Shown here piece by piece: positions 46,725-54,351 of a stretch of DNA of 64,000 bases. The stretch comes from a virus, in IMG/VR virus record IMGVR_UViG_3300028800_000002, positions 96,001 through 160,000 of that record. One strand, given 5' to 3'. The notes beneath the pieces were generated by a model, which did no database searches, was not told the DNA's origin, and was given only the letters and a program-made list of their open reading frames with translations. How positions within the stretch are numbered: position 1 is the first letter of the stretch; each line of letters opens with the position of its first letter. A program made the position numbers and the translations under genes.

Positions 46725-47272
46725 CCACCTTCACTTTCGAGGCTGAAAATACAAAGGAACTCCAGCCTGGAGATATCCTATTAGTACGTGGAACTGCCCA
46801 ACTGTCTCGTGCAATTGAAGACTTCACCCAAAGCCCGTACAGTCACGCCGCGATTGTTATGCCCGCATGGGGCAAGTACGATATGGTTTTTCAGGCGTGG
46901 GCATTTGGGATTGAGATCGTGCCCCTCCATCAGGCCTTCAGTGAGTTCACTAGCCCAGTAGATGTCTACCGTCTTGTAGACCCTGCCAATCTGCAGGTAG
47001 ATGATCTACTGGCCGCTGCCCTGGCACTGGTTGGTCGCAAGTATGATTACTTCGGCGTCATTCGGTTAGCCTGGCTCATTCTGACTGGGCAGCGTAAGCG
47101 GGCTCCTTCCAGGCGCAGCAGTCGTTTGTTTTGCAGTGACTATGTGCAGAGAGTCTATCGCGTGGGAGGCGTTGAACTCACATCATTCAATGATTCGGTG
47201 GTAGAGCCCGGGGACTTGGCGCGTTGCTCGAAGTTGGCTTTGGTCTCTAAGAACTGGCGGCCAGGAAGATAG
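46721..47272 (+). CDS. Permuted papain-like NlpC/P60 amidase (YiiX/YebB family)
   Basis: LQPGDILL..YSHAAIV (His)..GRKYDY..LFCSDYV (Cys)..VEPGDL. Confidence 0.85.
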   Translation: MTTFTFEAENTKELQPGDILLVRGTAQLSRAIEDFTQSPYSHAAIVMPAWGKYDMVFQAWAFGIEIVPLHQAFSEFTSPVDVYRLVDPANLQVDDLLAAALALVGRKYDYFGVIRLAWLILTGQRKRAPSRRSSRLFCSDYVQRVYRVGGVELTSFNDSVVEPGDLARCSKLALVSKNWRPGR

Positions 47273-47341
47273 GCATGGTGGCATCATGAAACGATCCGTT
47301 GACTATCAGGAATGGAATGAAGAGCCAGTTGAGGTGACTCT

Positions 47342-47692
47342 ATGATTGTACTATCAAAATGTATGGAGGAATTAGCTGAGCATAAAAGTGAGACCCCAGA
47401 GAGCGCTGTGCGTATGTGCTTATATGCCGCTTCCTACATGTTTGACCAGTCCCTCCATATGAGCAAAGAGAGACAAACGTTTCGTTGTGTTGCTCTGACA
47501 CTCATCGGTTCTTGCAAACTATTGATAGACGGTAATCCCGAGCTAGGGGTGCTGCTTATGGATGGTACACCTGCACTAAAGCAGCTAAATAATTTGAAGC
47601 AGCTGCTATTTGATACGCGCATAGCATACGAAGAAGCTGCTATTACGCTAAATACGGTTGAGCCCTCTCCAGTCCCAAAGGAAACCGCATGA
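47342..47692 (+). CDS. Hypothetical protein
   Basis: GAGGTG RBS. Confidence 0.65.
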   Translation: MIVLSKCMEELAEHKSETPESAVRMCLYAASYMFDQSLHMSKERQTFRCVALTLIGSCKLLIDGNPELGVLLMDGTPALKQLNNLKQLLFDTRIAYEEAAITLNTVEPSPVPKETA

Positions 47693-47952
47693 GATTCGTA
47701 GACCGCACAGGCCCCGGTAAGCTTGAGCTCAATTACATGTGGCTACCAACGTGGGTAGGCATGAATGAGGTACTGATCCGAGATTTGGAGAAGGAGCTCA
47801 GCGATACCATTGTCGGTAGAGATCTGACGGAAGAGCTGCTAGATGAGGCGCATCAAAAGGTTCTTCAACTCTTGGTTGACAAGTTCCCGCAGGTCGTGGG
47901 GATGTTTGAATACCTCGAAGGCATCAAGTTTGTAGAAGGCAATGGCAGCTAA
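47689..47952 (+). CDS. Hypothetical protein
   Basis: ATGA coupling. Confidence 0.7.
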   Translation: MRFVDRTGPGKLELNYMWLPTWVGMNEVLIRDLEKELSDTIVGRDLTEELLDEAHQKVLQLLVDKFPQVVGMFEYLEGIKFVEGNGS

Positions 47953-48133
47953 ACAATATGGACCCAAGAAGCTCGGGCGACTTCACATCCGTGTGGAGGC
48001 AACGCTAGCTATCAAGATGCATGACTATGCACGCAGGCACCACACCGACTTGACCGCGCTTGTTACCGAGCATTTTTTGAACCTATTGGCAGCCGAGGAA
48101 ACCTTGAGGGTTCCAGAAGCGGAGCAGATTTAG
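47942..48133 (+). CDS. Ribbon-helix-helix DNA-binding protein
   Basis: RLHIRVEATLAIKMHDYARRHHTDLTALVTEHFLNLL. Confidence 0.7.
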   Translation: MAAKQYGPKKLGRLHIRVEATLAIKMHDYARRHHTDLTALVTEHFLNLLAAEETLRVPEAEQI

Positions 48134-48135
48134 CT

Positions 48136-48675
48136 ATGACCACTTACGCAGAGGAAGAGAAATCCTACGATATTCCCAAGGCTGCCGGGAATGCCGCCTA
48201 TGTGGAACTGTTCAAAAAGCTAATAGGCATGTCACTGGTACAGACCATTGTCGTTACTCCAGGGCACATGTCCTACAAGCGCTATCGCAAAGAGGATGAG
48301 CCAGAAACTCCAGTCGAGATGGAGTTCGATTCGTTGATGCCCTTGGCAGCCATCAGAACTCACCTGCTCGTAGAGTTGGACCCCATGTCCAAAATAGCGT
48401 CAACCGTCTTTGCTCAAATGCTTACGCAGGCCAGTCTTGACGGACTGAACCCAGTGGCCTTTGCCAGTGGGAGTGAGCGTACCGTGCGCGCATGGCATAA
48501 GAGCACCACCAAGGTTGTACTTCCTGAAGATGAAATATACGGGATTCCATTCTTGATCGATCAGGGCCTTCCAAAGGAGGCGCTGTTTCTTTGTGCGGCC
48601 TACGGACGGCACGGTGCCCTAGCGGACACAATCAAGACGTACAAAATTACCATCCCCGCGTGGAGAGCCCCATGA
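48136..48675 (+). CDS. Hypothetical protein
   Basis: In operon, coupled. Confidence 0.7.
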   Translation: MTTYAEEEKSYDIPKAAGNAAYVELFKKLIGMSLVQTIVVTPGHMSYKRYRKEDEPETPVEMEFDSLMPLAAIRTHLLVELDPMSKIASTVFAQMLTQASLDGLNPVAFASGSERTVRAWHKSTTKVVLPEDEIYGIPFLIDQGLPKEALFLCAAYGRHGALADTIKTYKITIPAWRAP

Positions 48676-49160
48676 GCGATTTAGCGAAAGCAGTAGCATT
48701 ATCTGGCGCTATAAACTCCGATATGCTGCGGGAGCTGGCCCACTGGAGATTGCCGATAGACTTACCAGAAGGGGACCCGTTCGAGAGCCCCGAAGAAGCC
48801 ATAGCTGCCATTGAAGACGCCATGACTGGCTCTGAGCAGGTAGAGATCCGCACTACAGACCTCGATGTGCTTCGGCAGTACTTGCGGACGAAGCGCAAGG
48901 GCAAGCTGCATCTCTCCGCCAGCCGTGGCAGCGGCACCATCGACATAGAGTTTGGTGTGTCTGTCTTAGGCGAGTACATCATCCCATGGAATGCAGACAG
49001 CATTGTCGACATCATGACTAATGGGGAGAGCCACATCTTGGATGTGCGTAGGAAGGTGTACGTAACCGACGTCACCGAATTGTATTTTGGGAAAAGCAAA
49101 GCATTCATGCTGTGCACTCCACGTAAGGATCGCAATGTCAAACCAAGTCACGCGAGTTGA
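48672..49160 (+). CDS. Hypothetical protein
   Basis: ATGA coupling, GGAG RBS. Confidence 0.7.
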   Translation: MSDLAKAVALSGAINSDMLRELAHWRLPIDLPEGDPFESPEEAIAAIEDAMTGSEQVEIRTTDLDVLRQYLRTKRKGKLHLSASRGSGTIDIEFGVSVLGEYIIPWNADSIVDIMTNGESHILDVRRKVYVTDVTELYFGKSKAFMLCTPRKDRNVKPSHAS

Positions 49161-49608
49161 CATCTACACGGCGCTAGCCAAAAAGTGCGGGTTCCAGGTC
49201 GTTCAAGATCATGAAACCGGTAAGCAACTGCGCATCATTGGGCGTTGTGCCCCTAGCCGCTGGCCCTTCATGCTGCCAGTTATCCATGCCTTACTAATGG
49301 GAGCAGAGGACGTCGCTGCACGCTGGACCTGTGACATTTCGAAGCAGTACGTCATCCGCAACAGGAAAGTTCTCTACGGCTGGAGGATCATTTTCCAGGG
49401 CGATGTATTGTCAGATCAGTACATTCAGATAGCAGCGGTCATCAACAGTGCTCAGCGGCCATCAAGGGTTGAGGTGGACTCCGCACCGTTAGCTGGGTAT
49501 GCTCCAGGCCAAATGCGCGGCGGCGTGAATGCAAAAGGTAAGGGAAGTTCTTCAGCTGGTTCTATACCGTTGGCTATGCAGCGCGGGGGAGGAGGCGTAG
49601 TTCGATGA
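49135..49608 (+). CDS. Hypothetical protein
   Basis: AAGGA RBS before ATG 49135. Confidence 0.7.
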   Translation: MSNQVTRVDIYTALAKKCGFQVVQDHETGKQLRIIGRCAPSRWPFMLPVIHALLMGAEDVAARWTCDISKQYVIRNRKVLYGWRIIFQGDVLSDQYIQIAAVINSAQRPSRVEVDSAPLAGYAPGQMRGGVNAKGKGSSSAGSIPLAMQRGGGGVVR

Positions 49609-50285
49609 TTGAGCTTACGCAGAATTCCCACGTAGGGGCCCTACGCTACGACGAGGTGCGGGGCGCCCCGCTTATCTTGAACGCAGAGGAAGCTGTTCAA
49701 TTCGACAAGCAGGCCAGTGCTTTGCGTAAATTGCTGAACGACAAGACCATCGTTGCCAAGTACAAGGTGGAGATACTGTTCGGCACAAAACGATCTGTCC
49801 ACAACCCCATCCCTGGCGTCATGAGCTTCTGGCTCAGCGGCTCGAGATTCCATGGGGGTGGTGACGACAAGCTGTACTTGTGCCCGGGTGTTTCCCCGGA
49901 CAAGAAGCGTTGCTCCTGTATCTTGCGCGACAGTTACAACGGCCCGACAGGAATTGTATGCCCAACCTGTGGCAGCATTTGGACGCACGAGCAGGTGATA
50001 GGGGAGCTGTTGTTCAATGTGACGCTGCAGAACTGGGCCTATGTAGTTTTGAAGTACTTCAGGCATTTTGAGTGCAACAGTGACATTTATCTGAAGTACG
50101 CCCCTGACGACCTTCGAAGTATTGCCCTGGCGCAGTCTGCCAAGCAAACGTGGCAAGGCAGCCAGGGTCTGGAGAGGGCTAGGGCAAAAAGAGCTCGCTC
50201 AATCTATCCGCTGAAGAATATACTCAAGGAGACGTCTGCCGGCGCCGACCTACTCAAACGCTTTTACGCATACCTATCAGCATGA
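49605..50285 (+). CDS. Hypothetical Cys-containing protein
   Basis: GGAGGAGG RBS; LYLCPG..RCSC..CPTCG. Confidence 0.7.
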   Translation: MIELTQNSHVGALRYDEVRGAPLILNAEEAVQFDKQASALRKLLNDKTIVAKYKVEILFGTKRSVHNPIPGVMSFWLSGSRFHGGGDDKLYLCPGVSPDKKRCSCILRDSYNGPTGIVCPTCGSIWTHEQVIGELLFNVTLQNWAYVVLKYFRHFECNSDIYLKYAPDDLRSIALAQSAKQTWQGSQGLERARAKRARSIYPLKNILKETSAGADLLKRFYAYLSA

Positions 50286-50722
50286 CTACCCCGCAATATT
50301 TGAAGTTGGCCCAGCAACGCGCGGCGTTTATGGCGTTGTCACGGCTTGTACAGGAACGGTACTTACCCATCGAGGGAGCTGATGAACCCGAGATGAGAGT
50401 TGAGGCCGAGGATCTTCCTCGCAACGAAAGCGAGGTTTCGCAAGAAGTCTGGGTGGAAATGGCAGCCAAGTTGAATAACCTGGCGGCCAAGAGACTAGAC
50501 AGGATGTCCGGGTTCAGATTCGTGGAGGCTAGTGATTTAGATGAACAAGAATGGGAAACGGCTGTTGCGCGCAAAGGTAGTCCAGCGAAAACTGCAGAGA
50601 ATGCAAAGCAAGGAGCGGGCGAAAGTAGCGCGCCACGTAGTGAAGCTCCAGCAAATAAACGCCCCGGATCAAAGTCCTCTGTCAATCCAAGAGCTCGGGG
50701 ATCAGCTCGAGGCAAACCGTAA
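50282..50722 (+). CDS. Hypothetical protein
   Basis: ATGA coupling; C-terminal 60 codons overlap the next gene. Confidence 0.6.
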   Translation: MTTPQYLKLAQQRAAFMALSRLVQERYLPIEGADEPEMRVEAEDLPRNESEVSQEVWVEMAAKLNNLAAKRLDRMSGFRFVEASDLDEQEWETAVARKGSPAKTAENAKQGAGESSAPRSEAPANKRPGSKSSVNPRARGSARGKP

Positions 50723-51092
50723 AGGCCTCAACGAGTTAGTCAAGGCCCATAACACTAATTTCGCCACGTACAGCGATGCCTTCCAGCACTTGGATGCGCG
50801 TTTGGGTGCCATCATGCTGGTGGCCAACGATATGACTCAGCTGTTGAAGTCACACGGCTTGCTGAATGAAGACGTCTTGACCACGACGACAAGTGTATCG
50901 TCTGGCTTGGTGCAACCGTTCTGGGAGGCTTACATTCAGCAGTACTTGAAGTCAGTGAAGCAGGCGGCCGACGCGGCGAAGGTAGCGTTAGCTGCAGTGC
51001 CGAGCATCATTACGGATTCTGAAGAATCAAACTATGCCGACATGGAGTTCGGCGGAGAGGACACACCAAATGTCGAAGTTAGTACCGGGTGA
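50541..51092 (+). CDS. Hypothetical coiled-coil protein
   Basis: GGAGG upstream of ATG 50541; basic N-terminus, acidic C-terminus. Confidence 0.65.
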   Translation: MNKNGKRLLRAKVVQRKLQRMQSKERAKVARHVVKLQQINAPDQSPLSIQELGDQLEANRKGLNELVKAHNTNFATYSDAFQHLDARLGAIMLVANDMTQLLKSHGLLNEDVLTTTTSVSSGLVQPFWEAYIQQYLKSVKQAADAAKVALAAVPSIITDSEESNYADMEFGGEDTPNVEVSTG

Positions 51093-51282
51093 GCGGCGTG
51101 CCCGTCAGATTGCTGGTACCAATGTGCGCGTTGTGCACGAGGCAGGGGCGGGAGGCATGCGTAAGATGCGTTGCCCTGGTACTCATCAGTTAGCGGTACC
51201 GTCGCGGGCTCCTGACGGATCGTCTGTACTCAGAACACCGGGAGGCACTACGTACGTCACCAAGAAATTGGGTCGTACCTAA
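51070..51282 (+). CDS. Small basic hypothetical protein
   Basis: GAGGA RBS before ATG 51070. Confidence 0.55.
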   Translation: MSKLVPGERRARQIAGTNVRVVHEAGAGGMRKMRCPGTHQLAVPSRAPDGSSVLRTPGGTTYVTKKLGRT

Positions 51283-51655
51283 GAACCCACCCAAGCCCAT
51301 CTCGCAGGCGCCCGATGACTTTGAATCCATTGCATAGGTAGAGTTTGAGGGCACCGAGGTTCCCTTGCCGCACGGTGAGCACAATTGGTCTACCTAGGTT
51401 TTGGACTTCACGTAACAGCTCAGATCCGATGCCGCGCCTTTGCTGGTCTGGATGGACACCGAGCCTAAGGATGTCGTAAATCTCCCCGTACCGCACTAGG
51501 ACGTAGGCAATGAGCGCGTGCTGTCTCCATTTACCCCAGCAGAAACCTAATTCGATCTCGCGTGCAAGCGTGGTTTCGTTGAAGCAGTTCTCAGGAAACA
51601 GCAGCATGTCGAGTGCAGCTAATTCATCTGTATCGTCTGAGGTGACTTGTTCCAC
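51257..51655 (-). CDS. GNAT (RimI-like) acetyltransferase
   Basis: ILRLGVHPDQQRRGIGSELL..LTVRQGNLGALKLYLCNGF; GTG 51655 start. Confidence 0.88.
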   Translation of the reverse strand: MEQVTSDDTDELAALDMLLFPENCFNETTLAREIELGFCWGKWRQHALIAYVLVRYGEIYDILRLGVHPDQQRRGIGSELLREVQNLGRPIVLTVRQGNLGALKLYLCNGFKVIGRLRDGLGWVLRYDPISW

Positions 51656-51661
51656 GCCCCG

Positions 51662-51671
51662 TGTTATAGCA
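51662..51671. promoter_or_regulatory. Bidirectional overlapping extended -10 promoter
   Basis: TGTTATAGCA reads TG-T-TATAGC (+, 6 nt to ATG 51677) and TG-C-TATAAC (-, 7 nt to GTG 51655). Confidence 0.55.
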
Positions 51672-51676
51672 GGTAC

Positions 51677-51925
51677 ATGGCGAATGTAGCTGTCATAATC
51701 ACGGAAGAAGATGTGAAAGTACAAGGTTCTAGTACCTTGACGGGTGCAGATCTTGAGGCGGCAGTGGACGCCGACATTGCCAAGTTTGACTCCGCTTTTC
51801 AAACCGAGTTGAAGAATGACCCACTCGTACGGTCTGAAATTGCGATTCTCAAAACCTACCTATTCTGGAAAGCCAATTCGGAGAAGTTCAATGCCCCCCA
51901 AGAGAGTCCTGCAATATCAGTGTGA
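51677..51925 (+). CDS. Hypothetical protein
   Basis: 82 aa, leaderless-type start. Confidence 0.65.
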   Translation: MANVAVIITEEDVKVQGSSTLTGADLEAAVDADIAKFDSAFQTELKNDPLVRSEIAILKTYLFWKANSEKFNAPQESPAISV

Positions 51926-52361
51926 ACGTTGCCCGGCGACTTGGTACCTTTCTGAGGCCGAGGCTGCCAAGGAAAAGCCCTACTCGATTGAAGTGAAAGC
52001 AGACTTTGGGGATGGTAGCGCGCCGATCCAAATGACGTACACGTGCCTGTGCGCAAGCTGCAAGCAGACCGTGGCCACGCTATTGCGACAAGCATCGCGC
52101 ACCTTGCAGAAGATGAGTGCGGTACGAGTAGCTAAGAAAAAGAGCGACGATGCGGGCAAACCGGCGGACAAGGGTTCTCCCTCATCCGCCGATACCGTCC
52201 CAACTAAGTCGTCAGCGACTGCTGACTCATTACCGCCGAAGTCACTGGTCGCCGTGCACCCGGCTCCTCCCGTTGTGACGCTGCCGGCTCCCGCGCATTC
52301 CGGGGCGGCAGCATCCTCTGGCAAGGTGTCTCAAGCAGCTGGCAACCATCCCAGGCAATAA
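51891..52361 (+). CDS. Zinc-finger protein with disordered tail
   Basis: CERC..CASC; GGAG RBS. Confidence 0.65.
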   Translation: MPPKRVLQYQCERCPATWYLSEAEAAKEKPYSIEVKADFGDGSAPIQMTYTCLCASCKQTVATLLRQASRTLQKMSAVRVAKKKSDDAGKPADKGSPSSADTVPTKSSATADSLPPKSLVAVHPAPPVVTLPAPAHSGAAASSGKVSQAAGNHPRQ

Positions 52362-52839
52362 CGAACCTCTTGGCCGTCTTAGCGCGCTCTTCGCCTAATG
52401 CTCCGGCTGGCCAACATATAAATAGTGCATCCCCGGGTTCGAACAGGAAGAGGGTTCTAGAGCAGCCGTCTCCTAGGAACTCGGCGATGCGCTCAGGGGG
52501 TCTCTTTCCTCGAGCCTTAGCGACCATGGTGGTGCCTAACTCCTGATCGAGGCACCTGTCCACAAATACCAGTGCTTTCTTTTCCGCCCTGGCATCAGTG
52601 GCTGGCTGCCTTACTAAACAACGACCAGACGGGGGTGACTTCAACGCAGCTCGATACAGCGTGAAGGTCCCCTTCTGGTCGTCTTGATGTGCCATCAATC
52701 TGGAAATGGACTTCCCAACGGGCAACAAGCGGGTCATTCCGTTTTCAGCAATTTCACCTAGCGGGACTCCAACGCGGCCTGGCTGCGAAACGAGTCTTAC
52801 GCCGGTGCGCACTTCATCAGTGACTTCGAATAACCACAT
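52204..52839 (-). CDS. Hypothetical protein (putative early/middle gene)
   Basis: GGAGGAG RBS before ATG 52839; class-1 promoter upstream; 3' end overlaps the convergent gene. Confidence 0.65.
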   Translation of the reverse strand: MWLFEVTDEVRTGVRLVSQPGRVGVPLGEIAENGMTRLLPVGKSISRLMAHQDDQKGTFTLYRAALKSPPSGRCLVRQPATDARAEKKALVFVDRCLDQELGTTMVAKARGKRPPERIAEFLGDGCSRTLFLFEPGDALFICWPAGALGEERAKTAKRFVIAWDGCQLLETPCQRMLPPRNAREPAASQREEPGARRPVTSAVMSQQSLTT

Positions 52840-52883
52840 GTCTCCTCCATTGTGCAAAGGACCCCACGTCCTTCCACAAGTCT

Positions 52884-52911
52884 CTTATGCCTGGAGATTA
52901 GCGGCTTTTAC
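52884..52911 (-). promoter_or_regulatory. Class-1 bipartite promoter
   Basis: GTAAAAGCCGCTAATCTCCAGGCATAAG. Confidence 0.65.
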
Positions 52912-52913
52912 AG

Positions 52914-53192
52914 TCACCCGGCTAAGCGCGTAGTAGCCCTGAGCGTATTGATTGCATTGGCTAGCGCTTTGATGGCGTACTTGCGCACGTCAGCGACACC
53001 CTCAAATTCTGGGATGTCTCGAATGGTGAGAAGTGCGAGTCGGGCTGATTCAAAGGACGTAACATCCAATCCTCGAAGGGATTGAAACACGTCACCATGT
53101 CCTGCCCGCGCGTACTCGTCACGGCACAAGTCCAGCATTACCTGGGCATTCTCGAGCGCGAAAGGGCTCTCAAAAATGGTTTGCTTGTTCAT
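52914..53192 (-). CDS. Hypothetical helical protein
   Basis: ATG 53192 (alternative 53237); protein-like composition. Confidence 0.6.
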   Translation of the reverse strand: MNKQTIFESPFALENAQVMLDLCRDEYARAGHGDVFQSLRGLDVTSFESARLALLTIRDIPEFEGVADVRKYAIKALANAINTLRATTRLAG

Positions 53193-53353
53193 GGGGGTAC
53201 CTACGGGTTGGGGTTTGTTTGTAGTGTCTATAATCATTTTGAATGAATCTGCAACTACTTCAAGTGAATTCAACGTGGCGTAGTACCGGGTGCCTCATGT
53301 ACGCCATGGATTTTGTAGTTTCCCGTTGGCAATTTGCGAAACGCAATACGGGG

Positions 53354-53392
53354 CTAAGAAAAGACACGCGGTTTGGAAACCGGCATCTTTTC
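53354..53392 (-). terminator. Intrinsic terminator of the minus-strand cassette
   Basis: GAAAAGATGCCGGTT-tcca-AACCG(c)GTGTCTTTTC then TT; pairs fully only on the minus strand (G-U). Confidence 0.65.
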
Positions 53393-53399
53393 GGGTACT

Positions 53400-53690
53400 T
53401 CAGCGCGCTATCCAACGCTTGTTCGCCCACAGCACACCGAGGGCAGCAGTAACGAAAATGGGTACTACCACTGCCGCACGCTTCAATTCATGTAGGACGA
53501 TTCCCTTGAAGGACTCATCCTGGGATAGTCGATGCAGGACTTTGCGAGCCTCCGTCCGCTCATTGCTCCTTGCATTCTCGCCTGTTGTATTGCTCTCGTT
53601 CACTACGACCTCCAATCGTGGCTGGAATCCCAGCCCTGCTTCTTGTTGAATTGCTCTTCTGTCCGCCACGGACATTTCATGAATGTTCAT
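53400..53690 (-). CDS. Small protein with C-terminal transmembrane anchor
   Basis: ATGA coupling to the upstream 39-aa ORF; AAVVVPIFVTAALGVLWA. Confidence 0.7.
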   Translation of the reverse strand: MNIHEMSVADRRAIQQEAGLGFQPRLEVVVNESNTTGENARSNERTEARKVLHRLSQDESFKGIVLHELKRAAVVVPIFVTAALGVLWANKRWIAR

Positions 53691-53806
53691 TGAGATCTTT
53701 GCCCCGCTGCGTAAGCAGCCCTGATGTCTCGAACGCACTTGTTGTGGATTCGAAGTGGGACTTCCAGCAGCATCTTGAAGCCAATAAAGGCCATTCCGAA
53801 CAACAT
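53687..53806 (-). CDS. 39-aa small protein missing from the ORF track
   Basis: MLFGMAFIGFKMLLEVPLRIHNKCVRDIRAAYAAGQRSQ; AGAGGAG RBS, own class-1 promoter, coupled to next gene. Confidence 0.7.
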   Translation of the reverse strand: MLFGMAFIGFKMLLEVPLRIHNKCVRDIRAAYAAGQRSQ

Positions 53807-53826
53807 TGCTGTGCTCCTCTACTGTT

Positions 53827-53854
53827 CTTATCCCCGAGATTACTCGGCAATTAC
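53827..53854 (-). promoter_or_regulatory. Class-1 bipartite promoter
   Basis: GTAATTGCCGAGTAATCTCGGGGATAAG. Confidence 0.7.
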
Positions 53855-54049
53855 ACGTCCAGCATCGGTCAAGAGGAGTGTCGCCATTGCAAGTTGATGC
53901 ACTGTGGCTTGTGCCTCATTGAGCCGCTTTTGCTGCGCACACAACTCGCACAACACGCACCTACTCTGCTTTTTGGATCCTTGACAATCAGCGTGCTTTT
54001 CCGAGTACAATTTGCCGAAGCACGCCGGGACACTCTCTTTTTGGCACAT
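53840..54049 (-). CDS. Small Cys-rich (metal-binding) protein
   Basis: CFGK..DC..RCVLCELC; GAGGA RBS; class-1 promoter. Confidence 0.7.
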   Translation of the reverse strand: MCQKESVPACFGKLYSEKHADCQGSKKQSRCVLCELCAQQKRLNEAQATVHQLAMATLLLTDAGRVIAE

Positions 54050-54068
54050 TTATGTATCCTCTAGTCCT

Positions 54069-54096
54069 CTTATTCCCATCGGCCTACGGAATTTGC
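54069..54096 (-). promoter_or_regulatory. Class-1 bipartite promoter
   Basis: GCAAATTCCGTAGGCCGATGGGAATAAG. Confidence 0.7.
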
Positions 54097-54110
54097 GGGA
54101 TTTATGAGCT

Positions 54111-54130
54111 AAAAAGAAGGCCTTCTTTTT
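54111..54130. terminator. Perfect 20-bp palindrome; candidate bidirectional terminator or operator
   Basis: AAAAAGAAGGCCTTCTTTTT is its own reverse complement. Confidence 0.5.
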
Positions 54131-54285
54131 CGCATAATGGCGCCCCGCCAGCGATATCCCTAGACACCTTGGATATCGTCAGCGGGGCCCGTGGGGACTG
54201 TGACTCCTCTTGCCAAAGGGAGAGTCAAGGCACTGGCCAAGTAGAAGGAGGATGCTCTACGGAGGAGAGCTGTCCAGTACCATCA
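54111..54285 (-). ncRNA. Predicted structured small RNA (about 170 nt)
   Basis: Class-1 promoter upstream, palindrome/U-tract downstream, no RBS-led ORF, four stems, two of which pair better on the minus strand. Confidence 0.45.
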
Positions 54286-54290
54286 CTATT

Positions 54291-54318
54291 CTTATACCCG
54301 GCTTCTCCGCGCTTTTGC
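54291..54318 (-). promoter_or_regulatory. Class-1 bipartite promoter
   Basis: GCAAAAGCGCGGAGAAGCCGGGTATAAG. Confidence 0.65.
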
Positions 54319-54336
54319 ATGCCCTTTAGGTGGGGA

Positions 54337-54345
54337 TGTTACGCT
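54337..54345 (+). promoter_or_regulatory. Class-2 extended -10 (leaderless) promoter
   Basis: TG-T-TACGCT, 6 nt, GTG 54352. Confidence 0.5.
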
Positions 54346-54351
54346 TAGCTG

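Noticed and set aside
47286-47345. 19-aa ORF MKRSVDYQEWNEEPVEVTL coupled to the next gene
   Set aside because: No convincing RBS; too short to support from sequence alone
41859-48501. GGGATAAG (41859-41866) and GGCATAAG (48494-48501) on the plus strand as class-1 promoters
   Set aside because: Both lie inside CDSs and lack the upstream G-N-AA-W-W box at the fixed distance
54052-54348. Plus-strand ORF 54052-54348, and a short ATG directly after AAGGAGG at ~54252
   Set aside because: No usable RBS spacing, Cys/Ser-rich random-like composition, and overlap with promoters and RNA stems
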